Counted from the whole stretch's first letter, positions 51,783 through 62,405 are shown. The stretch is 63,870 bases of DNA, filler included, from Octopus bimaculoides (GCF_001194135.2; 6 parts of 6 records of this genome joined end to end with filler, not necessarily neighbours in it); one strand, 5' to 3'. Numbers and translations: made by a program. Notes: generated by a model not told the origin, from the letters alone.

Positions 51783-54373
51783 ATTTAGAGAAAAAAACCA
51801 CAATTCTTGAATACATCCATGAAAATCCACAGTCACATTTAGAAAACTTTAATAAGTAAATACACTAAAAAGACCTATAATTAAAATACCAAGTAATAAA
51901 TATTAAAATTTCTCCAAATTATATATTTATATATTATATATTGTGGATACTTATTTAATTTTATTTGTATCACGGTGGAAACATATCAAACAAATAAAAT
52001 TAAATATATATCCACTATATTTCTTCTCCATTTTCTTATATTAACATAATACTTATATCAAATGTTACTAATCCAAACAAATAACAGCACAGAAGAAATA
52101 AATGAAGTTGAAAATGAACAGAGGACATATAAGGATTTATTTAAATTTAAAAATATATATTTAAGTTAACCACAAATTAAGCTCTGCTGAAACTAAATTA
52201 ATCAGCAATTAAATTAATTATCCTTAATTAAGAACTACATCTAGTTCTATTAACCCATTAACATTAATCATATTACTTTGTCAAATACAATGCTTATTTG
52301 TTTCATATTCAAACTATTCATATTCAAATATGAATTAGAAGTGGTTTGAACATAAAACAAGTAGAATATTTGGGCCTGATACGACTGGTTTGATTACTCT
52401 GTTAAATATAAAGCTTATTTATTGAAATTGTTTTGAATTAATCATGCATTATCTCACAACCTCAAGATTTTTATGGTGTGATTGTTTATTTTTTAATGGT
52501 ATTGTAGGATTAATCCAAAATCATCTTCACTCATGCAGCTAATCTAATCCTTCAGTTTTGTTTTTTGTCATGTTACATTCCAGAATCTTCTGATAAGAGT
52601 GGCATGATTTTGCTTTGTGGAGACCTCCTTTAGACAAAATATCACAGCTTTGTAGAATTTAACAACACACTATGCATGTGATGCTGTTAGTGTTTATAAA
52701 AATGCATGTTATTCCATACATATATGATATTATGGGTCTTTATTACTAGATAGCCACGGTTAGGCATAAGTTCATGGTCAATCCGAAACAGCTGTCAAGA
52801 CAAGACCCTTACATCATTCTTGTCATTCATTTGTATTCTATGTAAATATACACATTAGGCCTGCTTATGTTTACGTGACTTTTCACTTGTGTATGTCTTT
52901 ATATATGTGTGTGTTCTAATGTGTTTTAGGACCAATTCAAATCCAGTCTGATGAATCAGTCAGAAGGCTTCAAGAAACAAGTGACCCACCTGTTAGAGGA
53001 ATTCCAACAGAAAGGACCGTTTTCTAGTGAAATAGCTTGCGATGTTGCTTTAGAAACTTTAGCTAATTTCAGAGAAAATGTCAACATTTTGAAGTTCCAA
53101 GAGCAAGTTTTACGAAGTGGCCTGAACATGTTCAAAGTTGATCTTCCTCCATCTAAAGAAATTATGCTGTTAGAAAAGGTTGGCATGACTTTAAGGATTC
53201 TTTATCACATTTGCTTCCAAACTTAATGAAAATTTACCGTTTTTTTTTTTTTTGTGAGTATCATATTCCTTAATCTTTAGCACGCTGGAGGAGCATCATG
53301 TTGCTGTGTTAGTTTTCTCCACTCTCAGTGTGATACAAGGCACCTGCAGCTACAGGGGAGAAAACTCTACAGTGACATAATGCACCTAAGCATGCTAAAG
53401 GTTAGTAGGTCAAGGTAGTGACCTGGTAGAATTTCAAATATGAATGTGGAAAACATTCATTCCACTTTAGATAAAATATACTATATATATATATANNNNN
53501 NNNNNNNNNNNNNNNNNNNNNNNNNNNNNNNNNNNNNNNNNNNNNNNNNNNNNNNNNNNNNNNNNNNNNNNNNNNNNNNNNNNNNNNNNNNNNNNNNNNN
53601 NNNNNNNNNNNNNNNNNNNNNNNNNNNNNNNNNNNNNNNNNNNNNNNNNNNNNNNNNNNNNNNNNNNNNNNNNNNNNNNNNNNNNNNNNNNNNNNNNNNN
53701 NNNNNNNNNNNNNNNNNNNNNNNNNNNNNNNNNNNNNNNNNNNNNNNNNNNNNNNNNNNNNNNNNNNNNNNNNNNNNNNNNNNNNNNNNNNNNNNNNNNN
53801 NNNNNNNNNNNNNNNNNNNNNNNNNNNNNNNNNNNNNNNNNNNNNNNNNNNNNNNNNNNNNNNNNNNNNNNNNNNNNNNNNNNNNNNNNNNNNNNNNNNN
53901 NNNNNNNNNNNNNNNNNNNNNNNNNNNNNNNNNNNNNNNNNNNNNNNNNNNNNNNNNNNNNNNNNNNNNNNNNNNNNNNNNNNNNNNNNNNNNNNNNNNN
54001 NNNNNNNNNNNNNNNNNNNNNNNNNNNNNNNNNNNNNNNNNNNNNGGGTGTCCACAAAGTCTGGGTACATGGGATTAACACATATTTTAAGAAATTATTA
54101 TTTCTTATATTTAATTGTTTATGTTATGATTTTATTTACTCCATGTACCCAGTCTTTGTGGACACCCTGTATATATATACATGTGAATGTATTTATTTAC
54201 AGGAACTGGAATTAATAGAGACAATCTGGATAATCACCAGAGACTGGGAAACGAACTGGAATGTATGGAAAGTGTCTAAGTTTACTGAGATCCAAACTGA
54301 AGAAATAGAAACTTTTTCTTTGAATGTGTCACGGAAACTGAACAAATTGAGTCGAGACTTAAAGGTATGGGCC

Positions 54374-54422
<49 letters not shown>

Positions 54423-55335
54423 AAATTATATAAGCATTGTGTTAGGGTAAGAGTAGTCATTTGGGAATATATATATTTTCTACACCTGCCATCTCTGAAG
54501 AGCATGTGGTATTACTTAACCACACTGTTGTCTAATATCCAATTATCTAATACCCATTGTGAAACTGATTGGTAAGATCTGCTTACATGGTTTGGTTAAT
54601 CTTCATCCCATGTCACCCTTGCTCTCTCTCTCTCTCTCTAGCACCCTTATCAGTGCACTACAGGAGACTTCTCATACATCCAGTTTCTCCTTCAACTTCA
54701 CATGCTCTGCCATCATTCACCTTACTCATTGCATACCCAGCAAAGCATGTTTGCCTCATTGTCTTATAACCTTCTCAAACTGTCCGCATTCATTATCAGT
54801 TACATCTAAAGAGCTTTCTAAACATTTGAAAGAATCTATTTTACGTTTAGCAAGAGTTATATCAAGAGTTATGTCCCCTGGCCTCAAATGGCCCCCCTAA
54901 GGTTCTTTTCTAGTCTAGGTACAAGGCCCTAAGGTGCTGTTAAAGCAACAAGAGTTCTCTGAAAAATGAGTTGGTGTTAGGGGTTAGAATGTGTGTAAGG
55001 GTATTATATGTGTAGGGTTTTTTGGGGGGAAGAAGTGACATGGGGTGCTAGGTGGGTGTCCAAATGCTTAATCCCATTTTAGGGTGTATATATTTTGGTT
55101 AAACACTCAATATACTCACTCTATTGACAAATATACTAGTGTGTGTTTTCCTCACTTATAACTTAGACAACTGTGTGTGTGTGTATCTATGTATATGTAT
55201 GTATATATAGTAATACTCCACCATCTTTGAAGAGCGTGTGCTGTTAAAACTTCACTGTTCTATAATATCCTGTTATCTAATACCCAGTGCAAAACCAATC
55301 AGCTGAAATGGATTTATAATATCATTATACTTTGC

Positions 55336-55377
<42 letters not shown>

Positions 55378-58300
55378 GGGGTGCTGAAAAGTTCCTGGCT
55401 TTAAGGGTATTGCGAAAGGCCTGGTTGGAAGCCCAATGTTCCCAGTTCTTTTATAGAGCTTAGAAAAACTGAAGGACCACTGCAATAAGTGCATGAATCT
55501 GAGAGGGGAATATGTTGAATAAAATCATAATTAACTGATTCTCCTGTATTTTCTTTTACCCAAAGCCAAGAAATTTTCTGCACCCCCTCATATATATATA
55601 TATATATATATATATCTTACTTAGGCACGAGGCTTGTTATTTCTTTTACATGAAAGTAACATTTGTTTGAAAGTATTTTCTCGGAGCCACTTTAAATACA
55701 AGATATTTATTATTTATTTGTATTATTACTGAGTAAAGTTAACAATATAACCTGATTTTTTTTTTGTTTGTTTTTTTTTTGCTCAACTTTTCACAACAGG
55801 ACAGGCACTGGTCTGTTCTGGAAGCCAGTAAAGTCAAAGTAGACACCTTTAAACGAACTATGCCATTAATTCAAGATCTGAAGAATCCTGCAATGCGTCC
55901 TCGTCATTGGGAACAAATAAGTGTGAGTAGATTTCATTGGTTTTATTTTGTTTACACCACAGATATTTCAGAGAGAAAACTTTGTGAAATTATGTCAATT
56001 AAATTAATCATATTTTCTGGTATAAAAGTCATATTCTTCAGACCAAAATTTACAGTTAAAAATGGTTGATGAACTTATATGCGATGACAACTTTGGAGGC
56101 CTGAAAATTTCATGTGAAATGCAGCGAGATTTGGAAAGAGACTAGAAATGAAGGACACTGCTTGAATTCTGGTGACACTTTGCTTATAATTGTCAAGACA
56201 AGGAAACAATGGTGCAGAATGGCTCTGTGGTTAAGTAGCTTGCTTCCCAACCACATGGTTCCGGGTTCAGTCCCACTGCATGACACCTAGGGCCAGTGTC
56301 TTCTACTATAGCCTCAGGCCAACCAAAGCCTTGTGAGTGAATTTGGTAGATGGAAACTGAAAGAAGCCCATCATATATATATGTATTTGTGTGTCTGTGC
56401 TTGTCCCCACACCATCACTAGGCAACCGATGTTGGTATGTTTATGTCCCCGTAACTTAGCGGTTCGGCAAAAGAGACTGATAGAATAAGTACTAGGCTTA
56501 CAAAGAATAAGTCCTGGGGTTGATTTGTTCGACTAAAGGCGGTGCTCCATCATGGCTGCAGTCAAATGACTGAAACAAGTAAACGAATAAAAGAATATAT
56601 ATATAAATATCTACGATGTTATTCTATGCATTCCTGCATTACTGTTTGTTTTGTTCCTCGTTACACTTACACCAAAAGAGGTAATAATGCAATTGGAGAA
56701 CAATATACATAAAGTGAGAGGGGGAGAATGGGAAGACTAAGAGAAAGTGGGGGGGAGGTCTCTATTCTGCCTTTGTGTGTTCAAATCACAGGCACAGATG
56801 CGATGCTTAACACAGTGAAACAATGTCATGAAGATCTATAAACTTATGCATTAAGAGATATGTCAATAGTTAAAATCAAAGTGAAATAATGTTCATTAGA
56901 AAATGGCTGCGGGTGTTAAACTTTTATCTTTTACATGTTCCAGATCAAAGGCTATGGCCATGCAGGGGCACCACTTTTGTTTTGTTTTTTGTTTTTTTAT
57001 TTTTGTTGTTATCTGGCTGAAATACCTATAAATATTATGAGAGTAGACAGATACAGAAGGGAATCCAGTTATGATAGTTAATTACCTAACTAGATGGATG
57101 GCTGGAAGGATGAACAGATAGGTGAGTCTACAAATATATCAACAGATATGCTGATAGAGAGATATATTAATAGATATACAAGTAGCTATATAGCTGAACT
57201 GAACTGAACAGAAAGGAAAATAATCTCAGTTCGTAAATAACTTTGACAGAGCCTTGGTGGAAATTGGACAGTGAAAAGTGTAGCTTTATATATATATATA
57301 TATATATNNNNNNNNNNNNNNNNNNNNNNNNNNNNNNNNNNNNNNNNNNNNNNNNNNNNNNNNNNNNNNNNNNNNNNNNNNNNNNNNNNNNNNNNNNNNN
57401 NNNNNNNNNNNNNNNNNNNNNNNNNNNNNNNNNNNNNNNNNNNNNNNNNNNNNNNNNNNNNNNNNNNNNNNNNNNNNNNNNNNNNNNNNNNNNNNNNNNN
57501 NNNNNNNNNNNNNNNNNNNNNNNNNNNNNNNNNNNNNNNNNNNNNNNNNNNNNNNNNNNNNNNNNNNNNNNNNNNNNNNNNNNNNNNNNNNNNNNNNNNN
57601 NNNNNNNNNNNNNNNNNNNNNNNNNNNNNNNNNNNNNNNNNNNNNNNNNNNNNNNNNNNNNNNNNNNNNNNNNNNNNNNNNNNNNNNNNNNNNNNNNNNN
57701 NNNNNNNNNNNNNNNNNNNNNNNNNNNNNNNNNNNNNNNNNNNNNNNNNNNNNNNNNNNNNNNNNNNNNNNNNNNNNNNNNNNNNNNNNNNNNNNNNNNN
57801 NNNNNNNNNNNNNNNNNNNNNNNNNNNNNNNNNNNNNNNNNNNNNNNNNNNNNNNNNNNNNNNNNNNNNNNNNNNNNNNNNNNNNNNNNNNNNNNNNNNN
57901 NNNNNNNNNNNNNNNNNNNNNNNNNNNNNNNNNNNNNNNNNNNNNNNNNNNNNNNNNNNNNNNNNNNNNNNNNNNNNNNNNNNNNNNNNNNNNNNNNNNN
58001 NNNNNNNNNNNNNNNNNNNNNNNNNNNNNNNNNNNNNGTGTTTAATATAAATAACATAATGTTTTCTACAGGTCCTGCTTGTATGTATGAAATATGTAAA
58101 AGTCCAATTTCGGTTTGTAGGTTGAAATTCAGCGCCACTTTGACTACACCTCAGAAGATTTCACTTTGGAGAAAATCATTGAACTGGGTTTCGATCAGTA
58201 TGCTGATTTTATCAATGGTGTTTCAAGTGCTGCCAAGAAGGAATTGTTCATTGAACAGGTTCGATAATGTCTTCTTAACTCATATGGGTCTAACCAACAG

Positions 58301-58902
58301 TAGTATTATTCCCTTCAGTGGACTGTCACATTAAGTTGACAGCATACAACTACTTCATCGTATCACTACTGCATAAATCTCTCTGAGATTTAGAAATGTA
58401 TTATTTCTAGAAAATATCTTTGCCTAATACCTTGTCGTATACTGTGTTTTCTGGCAAAACAAGTCAAATTGTTCCGACCAAAATTTACACTCCAAAGAAA
58501 AGTAGGTCTACTTATACACCAAGACAACCTTTGAGAACCAGAGTCTCCATGTGAAATGCAACAGGATTTGAAAAGATAGTGCTGATGTTCGATTGTTTAT
58601 GCTACATGTCTGTGCTATATACTAAATTGACTTGTATGCTAGAAAATATGGTAACTAGTAATGTAGGCAACGAACAAGTCGTAGGTGTATCTCAAATTCT
58701 GCAAGTGAACTTGTTTTGAAGGGTTTCTTTCTTTTTGTCTCAGACCAGTACCAGTCATAACTAATGCCATATTTCAATAATACCAGTAATTCTTCCATTT
58801 GTTCTTTTTTTTTTTTTTTTGACAGAGTTTGGTTGCAATCAAGGGCACTTGGGAAATAACGGATATCGACATGGCTCCTTTCAAGGCTTTATATAAGATC
58901 AA
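42365..58902 (+). CDS. DNAH2: Axonemal dynein heavy chain 2-like (inner arm I1/f beta), partial gene: 14 joined exons, 2253 nt
   Basis: 14 GT-AG exons join in one frame with matching phases. The peptide follows the human DNAH2 tail as I recall it (DYNRII..LFKERI..LDKKI.PGL; FKNDG.E; PNPLF; WEI.K.SFI.RY; EWQNK; PQTL.EL; FKRTMPLI.DL.NPA.R.RHW; FTLE.I.ELG.DQ). No start or stop in the window. Confidence 0.93.
42561..42880 (+). mobile_element. SINE family B (tRNA-derived)
   Basis: TGGTTTAGTGGTTAGGG...GAGTTCAATTCC head; TCCACTCAGCTGGCAAAAATG-like body; other copies at 47195-47467 (-) and 20620-20952 (-). Confidence 0.8.
43010..43650. repeat. Minisatellite of about 31 bp in a DNAH2 intron
   Basis: AGGTTAGCCACATCTGGGTTAACTTAGAATG units, most homogeneous towards the 3' end. 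Confidence 0.9.
43690..43981 (+). CDS. DNAH2: DNAH2 exon b (292 nt) IINSLNQNERGLFKERIKFLDKKISPGL...ELEFGAHQ
   Basis: ctcag| acceptor, |gtaggc donor; matches ORF 43682-43990. Confidence 0.94.
44184..44288 (+). CDS. DNAH2: DNAH2 exon c (105 nt) EQHRLRTLAKLIDIHQE...FKNDGSE
   Basis: ctacag| acceptor, |gtgagg donor. Confidence 0.92.
44690..44850 (+). repeat. Tandem copies of an RTE 3'-UTR unit
   Basis: Repeated ATGTGCCACCAGCACAGGAGCCAGTC with a period of about 66 bp. Confidence 0.6.
45116..45286 (+). CDS. DNAH2: DNAH2 exon d (171 nt) VYNYWFIHINNLDRMIEEAFRLNIK...PNPLFSVEVILRNDT
   Basis: caaag| acceptor, |gtgagt donor; not in the ORF track. Confidence 0.92.
45345..45715. repeat. Compound (TTC)n / TTCAATTCTCCTTC pyrimidine tract
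   Basis: Direct reading; source of the spurious poly-E/S/F ORFs. Confidence 0.95.
46281..46409 (+). CDS. DNAH2: DNAH2 exon e (129 nt) IHFSPSIEELDNMV...EGVTKL
   Basis: gtacag| acceptor, |gtaaga donor. Confidence 0.88.
46847..47058 (+). CDS. DNAH2: DNAH2 exon f (212 nt) CISEEISTNDEIKKI...WEIDKESFITRY...FDGDIGR
   Basis: ttgcag| acceptor, |gtaatt donor. Confidence 0.92.
47195..47467 (-). mobile_element. SINE family B copy
   Basis: Reverse complement of 42561-42830. Confidence 0.8.
47720..48105 (-). mobile_element. SINE family A copy
   Basis: Reverse complement of family A motifs. Confidence 0.78.
48151..48445. mobile_element. piggyBac-like MITE, copy 1
   Basis: TTAA|TCCTTT...AAAGGG|TTAA. Confidence 0.7.
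48477..48699. mobile_element. piggyBac-like MITE, copy 2
   Basis: TTAA|CCCTTTCGTTAC...GTAACGAAAGGGGG|TTAA; internal sequence shared with copy 1. Confidence 0.75.
48735..48935 (+). CDS. DNAH2: DNAH2 exon g (201 nt) YTEKANNIQSKETVINIDFVVLNC...EWQNKL...
   Basis: tttcag| acceptor, |gtaagt donor. Confidence 0.93.
49446..49805 (-). mobile_element. Fragment of a second RTE-like LINE
   Basis: LPTALYASETW; FHQRCLRKILKI; RRMRLAGHIFRM..AKTAFRWEPPGGKRKRGRPKTTW. Confidence 0.85.
49845..50180 (-). mobile_element. 3' end of the same RTE family
   Basis: Reverse complement of the 32400-32760 UTR with an (ATC)n tail. Confidence 0.88.
50364..50520 (+). CDS. DNAH2: DNAH2 exon h (157 nt) VCKTPQTLDELKESL...EQFAILNKYEVPIAEE
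   Basis: polypyrimidine tract + cag| acceptor, |gtgaga donor. Confidence 0.93.
51357..51446 (+). CDS. DNAH2: DNAH2 exon i (90 nt) STIMLHELKDQWNTFKLTLETSDFLLKKSK
   Basis: ttatag| acceptor, |gtatta donor. Confidence 0.88.
51553..51720 (-). mobile_element. Solo PLE terminal-repeat fragment
   Basis: GATGTATTAGTTTAACGCTCGGGAA...AAAGTCTTTAACATTTCGAGC matches the reverse complement of 60135-60210. Confidence 0.75.
51647..51683 (-). ncRNA. Variant hammerhead motif in a solo PLE terminal repeat
   Basis: UCUUU-CUGUUGA-A-GGGAUUAGCUC-GAA-AUGU-U-AAAGA; 5-bp stem I. Confidence 0.5.
52930..53178 (+). CDS. DNAH2: DNAH2 exon j (249 nt) DQFKSSLMNQSEGFKKQV...PPSKEIMLLEK
   Basis: ttttag| acceptor, |gttggc donor. 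Confidence 0.92.
54047..54168. mobile_element. Tc1/mariner-type mini-MITE
   Basis: GGGTGTCCACAAAGTCTGGGTACATGG / CCATGTACCCAGTCTTTGTGGACACCCTG-TA. Confidence 0.8.
54203..54364 (+). CDS. DNAH2: DNAH2 exon k (162 nt) ELELIETIWIITRDWETNWNVWK...LSRDLK
   Basis: ttacag| acceptor, |gtatgg donor. Confidence 0.93.
55374..55590. mobile_element. Mariner-derived MITE in a (TA)n tract
   Basis: TGAGGGGGTGCTGAAAAGTTCCTGGCTTT / AAAGCCAAGAAATTTTCTGCACCCCCTCA. Confidence 0.85.
55800..55922 (+). CDS. DNAH2: DNAH2 exon l (123 nt) DRHWSVLEASKVKVDTFKRTMPLIQDLKNPAMRPRHWEQIS
   Basis: caacag| acceptor, |gtgagt donor; DHC_N2 RHW motif. Confidence 0.95.
56211..56596 (+). mobile_element. SINE family A (tRNA-like head, internal (TA)n/(TG)n), near-complete copy
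   Basis: GGCTCTGTGGTTAAG (A box)...GGGTTCAGTCCC (B box)...CTACTATAGCC...GCGGTTCGGCAAAAGAG...GACTGAAACAAGTAAA; more than 15 copies in the window. Confidence 0.85.
58121..58258 (+). CDS. DNAH2: DNAH2 exon m (138 nt) VEIQRHFDYTSEDFTLEKIIELGFDQY...KELFIEQ
   Basis: ttgtag| acceptor, weak |gttcga donor. Confidence 0.92.
58826..58902 (+). CDS. DNAH2: DNAH2 exon n (77 nt) SLVAIKGTWEITDIDMAPFKALYKIK
   Basis: poly-T + gacag| acceptor, |gtaagt donor. Confidence 0.88.
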
Positions 58903-59140
58903 GTAAGTTATTTAAAACAACAATGATATTAGTTTTGTTATGTCTCGTGTAACGCTGCTTACATGCCTTGATGACCCCGTGGGTGCTGGTGCCATGTAAA
59001 GAGCATCTTGGCTGGTGCCACATGAAAAAGAACCTTTGCTGGTTCCACATGACAAAGCACCCTTGCTGGTGCCACATGAAATAGTACCCTTGCTGGTTCC
59101 ACATGAAAAAGCACATACATATATATTTATTCATATATAC

Positions 59141-59192
<52 letters not shown>

Positions 59193-59497
59193 TGCAGGCA
59201 TAGCTGTGTGGTAAGAAGCTTGCTTCCCAACCATGTGGTTCCGGTTTCAGTCCCATCATGTAACATCTTGGGCAAGTCTCTTCTACTATAGCCTCAGACC
59301 AACCAAAGCCTTGTGAGTAGATTTGTTAGATGGAAACTGAAAGAAGCCCATCATATATTTATATATATACATATCTATATGTGTGTGTGTGTGTTTGNNN
59401 NNNNNNNNNNNNNNNNNNNNNNNNNNNNNNNNNNNNNNNNNTTAATTAATTAANNNNNNNNNNNNNNNNNNNNNNNNNNNNNNNNNNNNNNNNNNNN

Positions 59498-60262
59498 CTG
59501 TTTGCACCGTGAACAGGGATTAATCATCTTTCTTTGCTCCTTTGCGCCACATGGGCTCAACTCTCCTCCTCACACCTATTTCCTCCCACCCACCTCACCT
59601 CTCTTGCTCCGACTCCTACTTCTATTCACTCCTACCTTGCCCCTTCATTGCCATCCTTCCCTCGTCAACCCACCCACCCCTATCCATCCAACCCCACCTT
59701 CCCTATCCATCCCATCCAACCCCATCCCTGACATCTACTCCCAAATACCCCACCTCTACCCTACCCACATACCCCACCTCTACCCTGCCCACATACCCCA
59801 CCTCTACCTCCACCCCACCTTCCAACACCAACACACCACACCACACACCACTACACCATACCACACATCACCACATCATACCACCACGCTTACACTAGCA
59901 CTGACCACTTCCCAACCTCACATCCACAATCCTACATATACGCGCATGTCAAGGTCACCAGCCCTCTTTCACACGCACATACTCTCTTATACACATGCAC
60001 GCGCACCTACTTTATTATCTCCCCTTCTTCCTAGCTTTCCTGTGTGACCCCTCTGTTCGGCATTCATCATGATAGATCGCTAGGTACTACACATTCTTTA
60101 TTTTCACTCCTTGTTTCGTTCTGTGTTCCTTCCTGTGGAAGAGCGTAGGCTCGAAACGTTAAAGACTTTTTCACTTCCCGAGCGTTAAACTAATACATCT
60201 GTTTGTTGTCTACATCACCTGTCTTCGTCTTTTGTTTTTGTGAATTTTCCCTGTATATATAT
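59498..60262 (+). mobile_element. 3' end of the same Penelope-like family
   Basis: REQGLIIFLCSFAPHGLNS (endonuclease end), C-rich UTR and terminal repeat similar to the reverse complement of 7630-8200. Confidence 0.82.
60128..60165 (+). ncRNA. Variant hammerhead motif in a PLE terminal repeat
   Basis: CUGUGGA-A-GAGC guag GCUC-GAA-ACGU-U-AAAGA, downstream of the PLE endonuclease end. Confidence 0.55.
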
Positions 60263-62177
60263 NNNNNNNNNNNNNNNNNNNNNNNNNNNNNNNNNNNNNN
60301 NNNNNNNNNNNNNNNNNNNNNNNNNNNNNNNNNNNNNNNNNNNNNNNNNNNNNNNNNNNNNNNNNNNNNNNNNNNNNNNNNNNNNNNNNNNNNNNNNNNN
60401 NNNNNNNNNNNNNNNNNNNNNNNNNNNNNNNNNNNNNNNNNNNNNNNNNNNNNNNNNNNNNNNNNNNNNNNNNNNNNNNNNNNNNNNNNNNNNNNNNNNN
60501 NNNNNNNNNNNNNNNNNNNNNNNNNNNNNNNNNNNNNNNNNNNNNNNNNNNNNNNNNNNNNNNNNNNNNNNNNNNNNNNNNNNNNNNNNNNNNNNNNNNN
60601 NNNNNNNNNNATATATATATATACATATATATATGTGTGTGTGTGTGTTTGTGTGTAGGTTCCCCCACCATCGCTTCACAACCGATGTTGTTGTGTTTAC
60701 GTCCCCGTAACTTAGCGGTTCGGCAAAAGAATAAGTACTGGACTCGATATGTTCGACTAAAGGTGGTGCTCCAGCATGACCGCAGTCAAATGACTGAAAC
60801 AAGTAAAAGAACACACACACTTGCAGACAGACCCTAACCCTAACCCATTCAGCCATAGAAACGTAATTATCGAAGTAGGAAAGAAGAAAGCGTTTAAACA
60901 AATAGACTGGGTCATAGCGTATCACCAACACACAATCATTCATTTTCGTTGATATACGATCACTTGTATATTTTTTGTTGAAATTCTGCTGTATTTTTAA
61001 TATAAATTTTAATGTCAAATGTTGTTTTATGTTTGTTCATATCCTAAACATTTCTTTGCAAATATTATATGTTCTAAATGTAACTTTAGAAAGCACATAA
61101 AATCCCATTATTAGTTAAACGAGGAAACTTATTCTCCATTTTAAAAAAACTGGACTTACAACTATCTTTTCAAAAAGGAGAAACCAACATTATATTACCG
61201 TAGAGAATATTTTACAATTCAGAACTGGCATTCTATTGTTACTTAAAATATATAATAACTCTTATTTCACAAATAAGTAATTCACATTCACACACACACA
61301 CACACACACGTATACGTAAATGTGAGTACGTACGTATGTGTGTGTGTTTGTGTATGTATGTGTATATGTATGTATGAATGAATGTAACTATCTATCTAAC
61401 CACCGATCTCTCTTTGAAGTGAAAGATTACGCAATACCTTTTAGTAGAGTATATTTCTCAATTTTTAGAAAATGTTTATCTATGATTTTCAAATTTCTGG
61501 ATGCTTACAACCTGTCCGATGACTCAACTTGGTTGAACTCATAATGCTTTAGGTGGACACACTCAGTATTTCCCTCCAGGTAAAGAAACCAAGTACTTTG
61601 TCGACGAAGGCCCTTCTCCAAGAAGAGCATATTGGCCTCATTCCCTATTGAATTCGGATTCTACGGTTTTCCAATCTGTAATCAAGACAGGTGAATAAAC
61701 CCACCGTAGCGGTAGGTACGACAGGTCAAGGTGGTTACGCTTCATAAGAGACTGCGAGTGGAACTCTTCTGCTCTACGCAGGAAGGGTTTCCTATATTTT
61801 GATGGATTTACAAAAGGTTGCAATCATCTGAGTAGCTCCGGGACAAAGCAGCGCTGATGCTTATTTCAGTTATACATAAATACATACATACATACAAACA
61901 AGCACTCATGCATATATATATATATATATGAGAATAATAGAAAAAGGAGACAAACGCTCAGGATGTTATTAAATCATTTATATCTTCATATCTCCTACAT
62001 ATGTTTCGATGGATGCAATCAAAATACATCCAACAGGATGCAAAAAGGTCAGNNNNNNNNNNNNNNNNNNNNNNNNNNNNNNNNNNNNNNNNNNNNTTAA
62101 TTAATTAANNNNNNNNNNNNNNNNNNNNNNNNNNNNNNNNNNNNNNNNNNNNGAAGATGGTGATGATGATGATGATG

Positions 62178-62233
<56 letters not shown>

Positions 62234-62234
62234 C

Positions 62235-62405
62235 TTTTCTACTATAGGCACAAAGTCTGAAATTTGGGGGAGGTGGATAATCGATTACATCGACCCCAGT
62301 GCGTAACTGGTACTTAATTTATCGACCTCGAAAGGATGAAAGGCAAAGTCGACTTCGGTGGAATTTGGACTCAGAACGTGTAAAGACGGATTAAACACCA
62401 CTTAG
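62235..62405 (-). mobile_element. SINE family C copy with an (AAT)n tail
   Basis: CGATTACATCGACCCCAGT...GGAATTTGGACTCAGAACGT. Confidence 0.75.

Noticed and set aside
53402-58334. Long ORFs of 200-360 aa in the ORF track
   Set aside because: Almost entirely N-runs; the real exons there are short and listed separately.
60830-60846. CCCTAA repeats
   Set aside because: Only two to three units; not informative.
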